A DNA stretch of 63,593 nucleotides, counting the filler, from Octopus bimaculoides (Eukaryota): NCBI RefSeq assembly GCF_001194135.2. It is 6 parts of 6 records of this genome, joined end to end, with 100 filler letters (N's around TTAATTAATTAA, not from the genome) between each part and the next. Parts side by side here need not be neighbours in the genome. Positions count along the whole stretch, not along the records: positions 27,001 to 53,453 come from NC_068985.1; 5 more parts are not named here. The stretch is one strand, 5' to 3'. The notes below the pieces were generated by a model. The model saw only the letters and a program-made list of their open reading frames with translations, did not search any database and was not told where the DNA came from. Below, piece by piece: positions 34,001 through 49,200 of this stretch (position 1 is the stretch's first letter; each line of letters begins with the position of its first letter). A program made the translations under genes and the position numbers.

Positions 34001-37000
34001 NNNNNNNNNNNNNNNNNNNNNNNNNNNNNNNNCCACCAACAACAACAACAACAACAACAACAACAGCAACAACAACAACAACAACAATAATAATAATAAT
34101 AATCATAATAGCAATAATAATATAGTTTTTGCATGCCCCTTTTACCCATGAATAGTTAAGAACAAAGGGAACAATTAGATAAGTACAACCCTTTTAAGTA
34201 AGAAATAGTCCGGCTATAGAATATGAAGAAGGTGAAAATAGTGCCAATTATTGTTGTCTCCTTAGGGACAGTACCGGAAGGCATCAAGAGGAATATACAA
34301 AGAAAATTGGAATAGAGGGCTAAGTAGAAATATTACGAATATTTTGCCTCTTTGGAGTACGCCCAGGATAGCTGAAAAGAAAGAATGGTAATGTAGAATA
34401 AGCTGCAAGTAGTAAACCCGCTACGCAAGCAAAACTCCAGGAGCTCCCACAAAACCTATGATGAAGAGAAGATAGACATAATAGTGATGATGATGATGAT
34501 GATGATGATGATGGTGATGATGATAATAATAAGCTGCTGCCTTAGATATTCTTACTGATAAGTGGCAAGGAAAACATCTCAATGGCAAATATCCAACGCG
34601 AGCTGATAATGCCGACGTTGAGACAGCCCTTACTCATCAATGAACCCTGAAAGTATGAAAGGCAAGGTCGACCTCGGTGGCATTTGAACACAGAGAGAAA
34701 AGATGGGCAAAATGCTGCTATGCATTTTCCATGGCGTACTTTCAGCACACCACATGAGAAAAGGAGGAAATATTTTCAATATAAATCTTGAGCATATTTA
34801 TATTAGTTTAAAAGTATGCATATATGAGTAGCTACGTCTAAGGTGTGTGTTTTAGAAATTGCCTTTTCTCAGCCTCCCGTTAACTCTTGTGGTGTTTAGA
34901 TTCATGACATAAATAATCCTCAAATTCGAACTCTATGCAGGGTCTCTTTCTAGTAGTTTTATAACTCTTTATTGGCTACGATAATAGATAGTTTACGTGA
35001 TGCTATTCGGACTAACCTGTCAATAATAGTCTCGTAAAGATTAGGTTTCTTATGTATATAATAAAGGGTGCTATTGCGTTTCCTGGATGATATTCTTAAT
35101 CAAATAATAATCATCTGGAAGTTACTTTGGGGATCACATTTATGAAGTTAATTACATCACGTTTGAAATCTACGGCCAATCATTCGTGTGATGGACCTGA
35201 ACAAAAGGCGTAAATAATTTAAATTTCGTCAGTGTCTTGGGATTTTCAGTTTGTGAGAAAGTGCTTTCAGACCAAATTAAACCTGTTTTAATACACAGCA
35301 AAAAGTTGTTACGTGTAAGAACACAGAACGAATCCTAAGATTGATGACTGTTATACTATTTCTTCAAGAGAAACAAGACAAACACTTTCTTTCTAGAAAG
35401 TTATTTCGATTTCAAAGGTGATTTAAATATGCAAATATACAGTAAAACATTTATTTTGGTACATTTCCTAGTGTGTATATATTTTCAGCATTATATGAGG
35501 TTATGTATTATATGTGCATATGCCTAGAGTGTAAACAAGCTATACTAACAGAATATTATAGCAGAAGGGTGTATTAAAAAAATAAAACCTTGTGTTTTGC
35601 TGAGAGTTTTATTAAATCAATGAGAATAGGTTATAAATTAGGAGCACGCATTTAACCTCATTTGATGGGCGTATGATAAAAAAAGGTTTTAAAAAATGAT
35701 CAACTCTCCCCCAAAACATCACCGCCATCTTAAAGAAAGAATTTGAGCATTAGACAAAGAAGATCAATACTTACCTGCACATACATGAACATAACCAAAT
35801 GTAAAGCATATATTTGGAAAGTAAATTGTCTCGGCATACTGGTGCGTCATGTTTTGTATTTATGTCTGTGTGACAATTTCAGTTTTATAACTCATTTGCA
35901 GATGGAGGAAGATAAAGGCCAGAGGACCTTTCAAGCGTCCTCCGAGACGTGTGTTATTATCATTGACAACTTTCTTGGCTTGTAGCAAAATGGACGACTC
36001 CTGGAGGATAATGTACAAGGAAGAGTTTTATAAAAGATTAATATTCTGGAGTAGCAAGAATGTCCGTTACATTCACTTCGAGCCGACGATGACGAAATAG
36101 TGATAATGAAACCAAGGAAATTGAATAAGACGTGAATGTTTATGTAGAGATGGCACAGGGCCTAACGTTTACGTGGACAGAAATCAGTAAAATAGAAACG
36201 AAATGGATTTCACGAAGATGCAAAAGTTGAAACACGATTGATAGCGTTTTTGATTTATTTCACACAAATCATTAATACTAAAGTTTTTTCAATGAAGACC
36301 TAGACCATAGGAATGTTGTTCAGTCATCATGGCCGAAATCTAACAAACTCTATGCTACAACGCATTTTCTCCAAATATTCCCCATTGAGATCCAAGCAGC
36401 AACAAACAGTCTAGTTGCCAAGTTAAATACTTAATCACACCACCATCTATATTCTCAGAACATATGAAGATTGATAAAAAAAACAAGAGTAACATTTTCA
36501 AAAAAATGAACAAATGGTAGACATCAGCTAATGAAACAAGTCGTGACAATAGAAATTAGAGCTACATCACAAACTATATTACTCGCTGCTTCTTATTTTG
36601 AATTATAGTTCTATTTTTTAATGTTCTAAGCTCTCGATATTTTTGATTATGTTAGCAAAAAGAAGCAATCACGCACAATACATTTATGTTTCTATCTCAA
36701 ATAGTGTAATTACTTGTACAATACATATACGGTTATAATGAAAACTAATAATGACTATTCGTCTGGAATTGTTATTTATTATATTACTGCAACAATATGT
36801 TACACATTCGTGCACATCTGGCATCTGTAGTTCAACTCCATTTTGAAGTTTGGTTTCTCTTCATATATGCCTCTTCATTATATTTTTCTTTATATTTCAA
36901 ACATTTTAAATTGTCTGTAATTCAAATAAAATGCAATCAGAAGTCAATTCCAGATGATTTCAAATATTGTATATATTCATATATAAGATAATATGATATA

Positions 37001-37769
37001 ATAAATAGAATATAATGTATATACTATATATACATACATACGTATGCGCATGCATGTATATGTATGTTACTCGCGAAAAAGTCAAAATATTGGAAAGCGA
37101 GTTTACCTTAAGTTAAAAGTTATTATGTATTTATAAATCATTTTTTTAAAATTGCACGAATCATTTGAAAAAAATTACCAGCGTTAAATGCATTTAGTTA
37201 ATTCCGTTTTTCAGACAAAAAGCGGCTGATTAAAGTAGTTCTTTTTAGTTCTCTAGCTCTTTCTATTAGATGTGCTGAATATTTCCAGTTTAGGTTCGTA
37301 CTCAGAAAAGAATTCCTCAGGCATTCTTTTTTTGCGGTTTATTTTTAATCCCATTCCATCTTTATTTTGCCGAAAGGCGTTCTTGTGAAAGGTGCTCTAA
37401 ATATAGTCTGGTTCACCTCACCGTCGCCTTCATGTCGCGTTATCCGGGGATCCCAACCATGCAGTCGAAGCACCAAGAGGAAATCATTGGTGACTTTCGC
37501 TATCCACTGGTACATGGAGAAGGCGAACGCCTACGGAGAGCGTCAAAGCAAACAAACCTGGGACTCGGACACGACATGTTGCAAGAGAACTCGACCGGTG
37601 TAATAGCTGGAAAGATATTCTAATGAGTCATAAGTAACCACTTAACCAAACATCTAGGAGACGGGCCTGTGCTAGAGAGTCAGTGTTGGTTCAGAGAACA
37701 CCGTGTGTGTGTGTGGGGGGGGGATTGTCACAGGATCTTTGCCGCACGTCAATTAGAGGAGGGGTGCTA

Positions 37770-38050
37770 AGATTTATACACAAGGTTTGTATACGTAACC
37801 AAGGCCTTTGAAGGTGTTAAAGTCACGAGCGGCTTTGGAAGAAGATGGGAAAGCTCCATTTCCCCGAACAAGTTCATCAGCATTGTGCGACAGTTCCATG
37901 ATGGCTTGCACGCCCGAGTACTAGAGAGTGTAGATACTTGCGACGCATTGCCAGTCACTAAAGATGCATATAGGTGTGTGTACACCCACCTATCCGATTA
38001 AACATGGTGTTCTTAGCAATGCTGTCGATGTCTTTAGAGTGCGATTCTTG
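37770..38050 (+). mobile_element. RTE LINE reverse transcriptase fragment, decayed
   Basis: DLYTRFVYVTKAFEGV and NKFISIVRQFHDGLHARV resemble RTE RT motifs FVDLTKAFD and KFIxxxRQFHDGM. Confidence 0.75.
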
Positions 38051-38362
38051 GCGTAGTGTGTCCTTCAGCAGGACATTTTACTCCACTCAGCTGGCAAAGA
38101 TCAATTGTACCTGTAATTTACAGTGGGCGAGGTCTGATCAGATTCACGGTCACGCTGTATTTCTACACGAACAACGTTCAGGATACGTGTCTCTGTCGAT
38201 TACTTATCCACTTGCTCTTTAACTTCAAGAACAAGTTTGTTCTGTTGATTGGAGTATACTTAAAACTCGTCATCATGTGAAGTGAAGTGTCTGTTCATAC
38301 ATACATACATACATATATGGTGGTTGTCTACTCCTTAAACAGAGTTTGACCACCTCCTGCAT

Positions 38363-38770
38363 CTACACCTTAGCCCTTTCATGGCGTCTGATGTTGCTTT
38401 TTAAACCAGACAGTGTTTTGAAAAAACACCCACACAGATTGCACCTCTGATTTGCACTACCAATACCTGCAAGTAAGTTCTGCTCATTGTGGATCCTAAC
38501 ATGTCTTTTAAGACCCCCATTGGATTTGCAAACCCTCTGGCACACACCACGTTCAAACGTGTGCACAGACATATAATCAGAATAGCTGGATGAGGTTTGT
38601 TTTCCATGGGTTCGCAGGTGATATTTGAGACCAGCCAAGGACAGACATGGTCTGTCACAGACTGTGCACACAAAAAGGTCCTTGTCATTCACCTTCTCAG
38701 TCTTTTCATTTTTCCTTAAATATCTCCTGAGCCCTGCTTGCATCATCCCGGCCTCTTCAAATGCTTTCAC
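38363..38770 (-). mobile_element. RTE-like LINE 3' end encoding three C2H2 zinc fingers, partly degenerate
   Basis: WSGVKAFE...RRYLRK followed by FVCTVCDRPCLSLAGLKYHLRTH and two more fingers. Begins at a (TATG)n tract with no start or acceptor context. Confidence 0.65.
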
Positions 38771-39640
38771 TCCACTCCACACATACATACATACATACAG
38801 GCATCAGCTGCGACATTATTGCAAAATTGCAATCGAACAATGTTACGCTGAATATCTGGAGACCAGAATTCATTTCTCTTTATTGTAATATACATAATCC
38901 TATGTAAAAGTATTTGAAATAATGACCGTTTACCACGCCGAAATGAAGCAGTAGTACCCCATATAAATTCTTTGCAAAAGTTCTACGTTTCTGTGATGCA
39001 CTTAATCATACATGTATATGGGTTTGTATGTACGTGTATGTGTTTATATGCAGCTACCAATGTAATTCACAAAAAATAATAATTTAAGAACAGTTTTCTG
39101 TCGACAATGCGAAATATTCTTGACTTGTTGCCAACAACACCTGCTTCTGAAAATTACCATCTACATCATATAGCATTTTAATATAGAATACATGCCACTA
39201 CGGTGTTCTTTAATAGAAATTATAACACGAAGCAGATGTAAGTATTCTGTAATTTTGCTTTTTAGAAAATATTCAAAAGTACAATTTATATGGCTTTCAT
39301 AAATCTCTACGGATAATTGTTCTAGCATGCAAAGTAATAAATATTTTATATGCTATACAAGAGAAAGAGTAGCGCCTTACATACAGTAGGTATGAGCAAG
39401 GAGTGCACACTTAAATCGCAGATTCGGTACGAAGGCTTGAAAATTAGTAGCCTCCACTAAAGACAGGTACGATAAATGATGGCATTAAAACACATGAAGT
39501 CTACCTCTCATTGTTTCATTTTCAACCTGGCTAGAAGAAAGTACAATCAATATTACAATACGTTATATCCGACATTCGGATTATTGACAATTCAACTTAT
39601 TTAGTACATACGCATGCATTCATGCAGATATATGTATACG

Positions 39641-39690
<50 letters not shown>

Positions 39691-40054
39691 NNNNNNNNNN
39701 NNNNNNNNNNNNNNNNNNNNNNNNNNNNNNNNNNNNNNNNNNNNATATATGTATATATTTAACCTCTATTCTTTTAATTGCCTCATTCATTTGACAGCAA
39801 CCAGGAGGAAGCACTGTCTTGAAGGGTTTTATTGAAAGAGATATATTCCAGAACTTATTTTTAAAACCTCACATTTATCCTAACGGTCTCCTTGGTGGAA
39901 TTGCTATGTTACAGAGACACCAAATCCAGCAGAAAAGTGGCAATAAAGGAGAAAACACAGACACAAACACAGACACGTACATCGACATATATACATATAT
40001 AATTACGTACATACATACATATATACATACATATATGATTACGTACATACGTAC

Positions 40055-40134
<80 letters not shown>

Positions 40135-41022
40135 ATGTATGTATATACGAGGGGCGTGTTTCACTTTCCGTCTACCAAATTCGATAAAGTGTTTTGGTAG
40201 GCCCACGGCTACAGCGGAATAGACCCACCCTAGGTCAAAGTGCCACGAAGTAGGACTGAACCCGGTGCCACGTGGTGGGGTGTATATATATATATATAAG
40301 ATTGTTTCACATGAAATGTCGTATCTGAAAGGTAACAATATAATGTCTCAGAAGTGTTAGAGAACTGATTTTGAGTCGCGTGAAACGACTCAATTGCGGC
40401 TAGTCGTCTTATCGAACACAGGCGACCAGAGAAAGTGTCACTTACAGAGAAACTAAACCATGAAAACATGCAGTAATGCAAACATAAATTAACAGAAATC
40501 GTCGAAGAGTAGTTGCTCTTACGCAAAATGTTTGATATCCTTAATCTGCTGTGAAGCAAAAGTAAGCCGGTATGCCTTGGTCCGACTACGTATTCAGAGA
40601 CGTGATCCACAATTTTCAGTCGAAAAAAGTTTACCACTGAATTGGTGCCCTGTCTATATCACCATAGATTGCCTGACAGATTATATACAAAAGACGCTTC
40701 CCTGAACTTCTGTATAAGAACGTTGCTTCCTACATTTCCTACGTCTATGGAACCTGCAATACACAAATATTTAAATATGTATACATCAATACATATATTA
40801 ATATATTTGTATGTAAATACACACACGCGCACACAAACGTACACACACACATAGTGTATAAATACATATATAGAGATATAAATATATATATATATATATA
40901 TGTGTATATATATATATGTATATATGGGTGTGTGTATTTGTTTGATTGTGTTTGTGTGTGTATATGCGTATGTGTATATTGGTATATATATATATGTGAA
41001 TATATTTTTAATTATATAGGTT

Positions 41023-41054
<32 letters not shown>

Positions 41055-41141
41055 TGTATATACAAATACATAGATAAATAGAACCATGTATACATTGACA
41101 TATGTATGAATATATATATGGGTGTATATATATGCCCCCCA

Positions 41142-41194
<53 letters not shown>

Positions 41195-41649
41195 NNNNNN
41201 NNNNNNNNNNNNNNNNNNNNNNNNNNNNNNNNNNNNNNNNNNNNNNNNNNNNNNNNNNNNNNNNNNNNNNNNNNNNNNNNNNNNNNNNNNNNNNNNNNNN
41301 NNNNNNNNNNNNNNNNNNNNNNNNNNNNNNNNNNNNNNNNNNNNNNNNNNNNNNNNNNNNNNNNNNNNNNNNNNNNNNNNNNNNNNNNNNNNNNNNNNNN
41401 NNNNNNNNNNNNNNNNNNNNNNNNNNNNNNNNNNNNNNNNNNNNNNNNNNNNNNNNNNNNNNNNNNNNNNNNNNNNNNNNNNNNNNNNNNNNNNNNNNNN
41501 NNNNNNNNNNNNNNNNNNNNNNNNNNNNNNNNNNNNNNNNNNNNNNNNNNNNNNNNNNNNNNNNNNNNNNNNNNNNNNNNNNNNNNNNNNNNNNNNNNNN
41601 NNNNNNNNNNNNNNNNNNNNNNNNNNNNNNNNNNNNTATATACACGCAT

Positions 41650-42040
41650 TCGATGGGGTGCTGCAATATTCCAGTCTTCAAGAATATTAAGAAAGCCCTG
41701 TAAAATCACCAAGTATGGTTCTTTTACAGAACTTAGATTAAATGAAATGCTGAAGATAGACTGGACAGTTTATCGGTTTCATCTTCTCTTTTCTTCCTAA
41801 TTGGAGTAGAGAGTATGTTTTTGGGGTAGTTGTTGTTTAATAGATTGTTACTGCGCTTGATCATTTCTTCGTGGTGGACATCACGATCGCTACTTATATT
41901 CTTTGCTCGATGTTTCAGGCATATAGCAAGCCTCTCTTTACACTGTATGGATGGTCGGAATTGAAGTTGAGGTATCGTCCAGAGAAGGTCGGCTTGCAGT
42001 ATACGGATGTCCTGAATCCATACTTTACCACCCTGCAATA
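41650..42040 (-). mobile_element. Penelope-like element RT thumb fragment
   Basis: RTSVYCKPTFSGRYLNFNSDHPYSVKRG and CLKHRAKNISSD...NNYP motifs with frameshifts. Confidence 0.8.
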
Positions 42041-43446
42041 CTATAAAATAATATATGTACTTTATTCCGTAGTGGGTGCTGAAATAAAGACACTAAGTAT
42101 CCAGCATCCATGGCACATTACCTACAAGAGATAACAGTGGGAGCAACATGCTTTGCAAAAGTTTCTGAAATAAATACCTTAGATGTAAAGGAGAACAACG
42201 AAAGAGCATCAATTTCACGAGTCGACAAGCAGTAGCATATTTGAAAAGGGGCCGGAAAATGTGAACAACATTGGTAATGTTTTCTCATAACTTGCAAAAC
42301 GGGAGATTTAAAACTGCCGGAATTCGTATAATTTGAATGCGCAAAATATATCATGGAGAGGGTGGGTGAGGATCATGACATTGTACTGGACCGTGATGAA
42401 CTTAGAGCAATTGATAGCCGTCGATAACTTTGACCATCAGTACATTTATAATCTGTGCTTAAAACAGCTGGTTCTCTCTTGCATTTAGGGACTGGACCAC
42501 TGCAATGTTATCTGCTCACAGGCTAGGTTGAGTGAAAACCTATCTGAACTAGCCAATATCTTGCTCTTGGTACGTCATTGCTTCCTACTCATGACCCCTG
42601 TACATACGAGGTTTGAGCCCCTACTAGAATATATTGTGATTTTTATGAGCAATCCGCTCGAAATAGAATAGAATAGATCAGTGTCAGCATGATCGGTGAA
42701 CCTCACAATTGTAGTGGTGGATACCAAATACGCCGAGGCACCATTCTAAAGAAAAACGTGGCGATGAATTGGCGAAAATCAACGGGGAAATCTTGGTGGA
42801 TCTGCAAGCGAGCAGCTGAAGAAGTACATCCACGCGATCGAAAGTCTTTTGTGAAGAACTGGATGAACCGGTCAAATTGTTTTTGTCTTGGTTGGTGCAG
42901 ATTAAAGATGACGAAGGGGGAGACTGAACCATATATAAACAAGCAGAGATGATTCCTGTACTTGTGGATGCGGGGAAGACTTGACTAGCTCGTACATCAT
43001 ATACGTCATCTACTACCTTCTGATAAATTCTATATGCGCGGAATTGTATCTGTTTTAGGAATTATTGTGTATATACACTGCTGTATACTTCTAAAGATTT
43101 AAATTCTAAACCACTGTAGCACATGCATTTAATCTAAATTTATTCTCTCTATCTCCTGATGTGAAATTACAAAATACTTAAAGTAATGTATTATTTTTTT
43201 GGATGTAGATTATGTCGTCTTATGTTCAGGAAATCTTAATTCAACTAGAAATATCCGAAATCATAATTTTATTAGCAGCTAATGTGCATTTTATAATTAG
43301 ATACTCACTCTTTGCAGTTCACCTGATTTCAAATTCCTCAATAATATTTAATGGCGAATTTAGATATACTTTCGTTTATTACGTCTTGCGCGAACCATTT
43401 TCATTTTTTAGTAGCTTTTGTTCTTTGATTACGGCTATATTATAGT

Positions 43447-43516
<70 letters not shown>

Positions 43517-43659
43517 TTTAAACCTACTTCTCATTTTCTAAACTGTATTTTTTTCAATCGGTAATGTGTGTGACATAGAAGGATATATATCATTAACTAG
43601 ACAGGGTACGCACATTCACCTGCAGGCAGGCAGAGACTTACATATTAACACATACATGG

Positions 43660-43852
43660 ATGAGAGGGTGCTGCAAAGGTCCTGGTTTTAGGTTAAAGAA
43701 AATGCAGGAGGATCTGTCAATTATAATTTTATCCAACATATTCCCCTTTCCTATTCACGCACTTACTGCGGCGGTCCTTCACTTTTCTAAGTCCTCCAGC
43801 AAGGACTTTCGCGACACATTTACATTCATGAACTTTTCAGCATGCCCTCGTA
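43660..43852. mobile_element. Tc1/mariner-type MITE
   Basis: Imperfect TIRs: gagagggtgctgcaaaggtcctgg and catgaacttttcagcatgccctcg, followed by TA. Confidence 0.6.
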
Positions 43853-44300
43853 TTTGTCTAAATTCGTGTGCGAATTTTCTTATATAAACACAAAGTGAAA
43901 TAGGATGTGAATGAATTGTTTTTGGATGCATAAGAAAATACGTAACATGAAACATTATCATAATATAATAATATGATCTTTACTCGGACAAATTTAATAA
44001 GAACGGGATTACAATTATTATCGTAGCTATTTTTATTTCAAAAATAATTATGAATGTAATTATGTACACCAATTTGAATTATCAAATATATTTATGGCAT
44101 GTGTAGGCAGATAATGTTTATGGATATAATGATAATGTATATTCAAATACACATTAAAATTACAGCTGATGGCGTCGGTTGGAGAAACATGTTGATGTAA
44201 ATTTGCATTAACAAGATCTCTTTAATTGAAATTTATCTCCAAATTCGAATCAACTCACAGGAATCCTTGTGAGTGTCGAATTAGATTTTGAAAATTAAAG

Positions 44301-44336
<36 letters not shown>

Positions 44337-46181
44337 ATCTATTAATTGATTTTCAAGTTACAACTTTGAAGAGTGTTCCGATGTTTGAAAATAATATTTC
44401 ATTATTACTAAGGCTTAATCCCGTTGGGTTTGTAATGATTTTAACTCGTAACGTAGATTATGTTGTTCAAATATATTTAATTTACATTTAGATAATTTGA
44501 TATCTGTACTCCATACAGAGCCACGGATATTGAAATGTATATGGTATTTGAGATTAAGCTCAAAGCTGAATGCATTGTGTACATATAAAATATGTTTACG
44601 AATTTAAAATCAGGCACATTGACAGTCGTTCAGTGACCAAAGGAAAATTCCTTATCAAGAGGGAGGCTCTGTGAATTTGACCTCCGTTTCGTAATGTGAT
44701 TATTTATTCTATTTACACTTCATTCCGTGTTGGAGATGAGTCCTTTCCAGAATAATATCATTTCCTCATAGTTTTATGAATGTCAAAGCAGACTGTACAA
44801 ACAATTGTTTTAAAATGCACATAAATTGAACATTTTTATTTTTATTTAATTTGTTTTATACCTTAATGTGAAGAGAAAATGTCACGTGTGAATGATTCAT
44901 ATTAGTAAATACATGTTTGCTTTCCCCTCTCAGTTTCAACAATTGGTCTATAGCTATACTGATTTAGAGTATCCTAGCTTAGACTAAGACATACTCGTTT
45001 AATTTGACACTTATACCTAATTAAAGAGGTCTCGGGACATTGTAATTTAACCTTTATTTAGGGAGATGGTTTATAATAAAAAATTCTAAGGACGTGACTT
45101 TATAGCTTAGGTTGTTTTCTCGGTTGTTCTCTTGTTTCAATATTCCGATAATAGTAATTCTACTAAAAGATTTTACTAAGATTATGAAAAATAAAAAGCA
45201 TGCACAGTGCTTTCAACAAGATAGTAGTCTTAATTATTTCAGTGGGTCAAATTTCATGAAAACGAAAAAAGATTTAACATTTCTGAAGTGATGAATTTAT
45301 AAGAAAGATTACTATAAGAACAATTTTATGTTTTATAATATGAGGATATTTTATCCATGCCAATAACAACTATTAAGGTATTTCCGTAGTAAAACATTGA
45401 CACCGTTTTCGTCACTGTTTTCAGTTGTACAGTTAAGTGAAGAAATACAAATTAATGAAAGCCGGAGGAAAATAAAGCGAGAAAGAGGGAGAGTTTTATG
45501 AAGTTGGAGTTCAATTAGTATTAACTTACAGTATTTAGTTTCGGCAGTTAAGAAATATATAAGTTGCGAAGAAGGACCAACGAATATTACAATAATATTA
45601 TTCATTATGTGAAATACGGGAGACAACATTGAATATCTTTTCTTCTATCAAGAGCCACACTGCGAAACATGCTTTCTTTGAAATAAAAAGTGAAATCACA
45701 AAGCAGATACAAAACATTGTACTGAAGGTAACGCCAAGAAGTGGGACATTTATACCACAAATATATCACTGAGGTAAATTACTTAGATTGCCCCTAAATA
45801 ATTAACAATCAGCATATGTTCACGGTAGCTTCAAAATATACTTTTGTCAATGCATTTCTTAGTGTTAATATAAGCAAAGAACATTGAGAATCTACCTAAA
45901 AACTCAACAAAAAAGAAAATGTTTTCATTATTTTGGCAAGCACCGGAGAAAGTGGGAGACGTTTATTTATATTTTTATGGCATCGCCGTTCTTGGCGAGT
46001 CAGACATGTGAGAAAGACTTAGTAAAGACAGACTGCTTGTCGTCATCAAGCAATTCCTAGACGCTAAGTGTTATCAGTAGCAAAAAGTGTGATACATTAA
46101 CTAGTACTAAAAATGTGCATGAATAATAAATAAAGCAAGTGCAATCTATTAACTGTCTTATTTGCTGCTTTAAAGTATGGA

Positions 46182-46229
<48 letters not shown>

Positions 46230-49200
46230 AAACTACTTTCGCTTACGAGAAAAAAAAACTACAGATAAACACATTCATCGATTAATCGAGTTCGTCTCGT
46301 TTGAAGTCTTCTAACTTCAGTGTAACAATTCCTAATCACTAAATATTACATGAATATAGTTGACAAAGTGTAATATGTATATGTATACATGCTAGAAACT
46401 AGTATATGTTGCTAGCATATAATTTCCTCATCTAGATAATTTCCTGGTATCTATACTCAACATATTTTTGTTAAATGACTGTTGCGTTATACTAAATAAT
46501 GAATCATGCTTTAAATTTACTTTTCTAAATGTGTGATAAACTATGAAGATATGCGTGATATGCTACTTCCTGTCTAACAGAATACATATTTATCACAGAG
46601 CATGTGCTACGGGTAAAATTCAATAATGCACAGTGCGATATATTAGAGGCAAGTAAACAGAGAATGGGAGATGCATGCATTAAGTCTTGGTTACATTAGT
46701 ACCGATTCTCATATTAATCTGTTAAAATATTAAAAATCTCAAGCTATAAGGTGCAATCCTGCAACTCAAAGCACATGCTCTTTTGAATTCCATGGTAAAC
46801 GAGATCCTTGTAATATATAAATCAATGGAACATAATTTTTACATTCGGAAGTTTCAATGTGGGGCGAGATATCTAGTAACACAAAGATTTACTTACGAGA
46901 GGAATATCTATAATTAAATTGCGAATGAAAGAATGAATTTGCAAGCCAATGAGTAACTTTTAAAATGTGATTTCGATATTATCTAACAAAAATATTTTAG
47001 TGTTTGTTTTCAGATAAACAGAATTAGCAACATATAAAAAGATCTGGCTAACATTTCCACTTAACTATCACTCCAAAATCATAAAATTTCTGATTTTGTC
47101 TTAATAGAGTAGAGGAAGGTCTCGACTAAATTTAGTGTTAGTTCCTGCAAATAATCTTTTCTACTAAAGGTTAAATGCCTGACATTTCTTGGGAAGAGGT
47201 TACACAATTTCATATACCCCAGTACTTGACTGAGTCGATCGACACCAAAGTTATGAAAAACAAAGCCTACCTACCTCGGCGGAATTTGAACTCAAAACGT
47301 AAAGACGCACGAATAACACTAAGAATTTAGCCTTGAATGCTAACAATTCTGTCAGCGCGCCGCCTTACTATATGGAAGTACGATTTTTATTAATTCATCG
47401 GGATGTATGCATATTTTAAAAGTTTGAAACAAGAATTTTACATGCACGGAATATTTCTTCAAACGAAATTTATACATAAATTAATTATTGTAGATATAAC
47501 AACATTATGCATATCCCCAGTATCTATTTTATCGAATAAATCTAAGTGTTGTGTATTGATTTAGTATGATGTATGAATGAAGACTTTATATGTACGGTTA
47601 CATGTTTATGAACTGCAGTAATAAGTATTATTGATTAGACGGAGATGCACATAATTAGTATGATTCTGAAATAAATGTTTATTTATTGAGAAAGCTACAT
47701 CCAACGATTAAACGCGCCACACTCTTGTTCCACTCTATTTCTAACCAAAATGTATCCAAGAATAAAGTTTTACCCAAATGAATCCCATTAGAAAAAAACA
47801 AAAACATGTTTTTGCCCTAAATCTCAAACTCAGACAAATAGCAATGGTTAAAAATCTCACATAGTATACACCTCATCGTATTTACCCATTATAATTTTCT
47901 ATGATATATATTGCAGTCCTTTTGCTGTACATGCAGGTCATTCGTAGTTCTTTTCCGAATAGCGAGTTGTGGTTGGACACTTTAATATATCTTACCATCT
48001 TTAAACCTGAAAATGCATTTGAAATTTAGCTTCTAATGTCGCACCGCGGTCATTACCGTGGTCATTGCTAAAGTCGTTATCGTCATCGTACCCAGTAGTA
48101 AGTAGTAGTAGTAGTAGTAGTAGTGGCAGCAGTAGCAGCAGCCGTGGTACTAGTAGTAATAGCAGCAGTATCTGCAGCAACGACAACAACAACAACAACA
48201 GTAGCAGTAATATTGTATCGCCTTATGTTTTAATTTCAAATAATACACGGCACGTTACACGGACGTTTTAAATCAAAATAATTATACAATGAAAGCGCAA
48301 ATTATTATGAGACTTGAACCAATGAGAGAGTCTATACATTTCTATTTAGCTGCTAGAAATTCTTTGCAAATTCCCATCAAACTACTCTCTGCTGTATTAT
48401 TAGAACTGAGTTACAATGTAAAATGTGGTTTTAGATCTAAGTTTATAAATATATGCTAATATGCTTTAAAGGCAACGACATTGGTGATACTATTTTACGA
48501 TGTAACCTGACAACGTAAACCATCACACACATAAAAAGTTACTGAAAACTTTGTTACAAGTTTTAATGTTTAAAAATTTATTTTGTAAGGAATAGTTTAA
48601 CTCTGAATAAAAATGATATATCTTTTTGGTATTTCGCATATTTTCTAATATAATATGCAAAGACATATTTTCAACTTCGTCTATTCAAAATAATTGAGAC
48701 GGGCATTAATATTTAGTTGGGGTTATTGAAATATAGAATATAAAATAGATGTGTGTATGCATGTTCAAACAATCATATGAATTCATGTAAAGCGTAATGG
48801 CGATTATATCCCGCATATATGCCTGCATATATTTCAGTTAAAGTGTTCAAAATTCCCATTGTCTCTCAATTCTTAAGCAAATCACTCTATAAAATTTAAA
48901 CGAAAAGTAACTTCAAAAACAAAAAAAAAGAAAACCTACTGCAGCATCGCAAATGCCGAGAGAAACTATGAACCTGCTTATATTTTGTCTGAGTTATTCC
49001 TAACCATAATTGGTAGTGATACATATTTACCGTCATGAAAGTATACTATTTTGCTAATATATAACAACGAAGCAAGTTAAATATGTATAGAAAAAGATAA
49101 CATTAATGTTAAATCAAACACTTTTATGCGACCCTTTTAAGAGCATTTATTTAAATGGATTTTGAATGCCACACAAACCCAGTAAGTTTGTGAGGAAATG

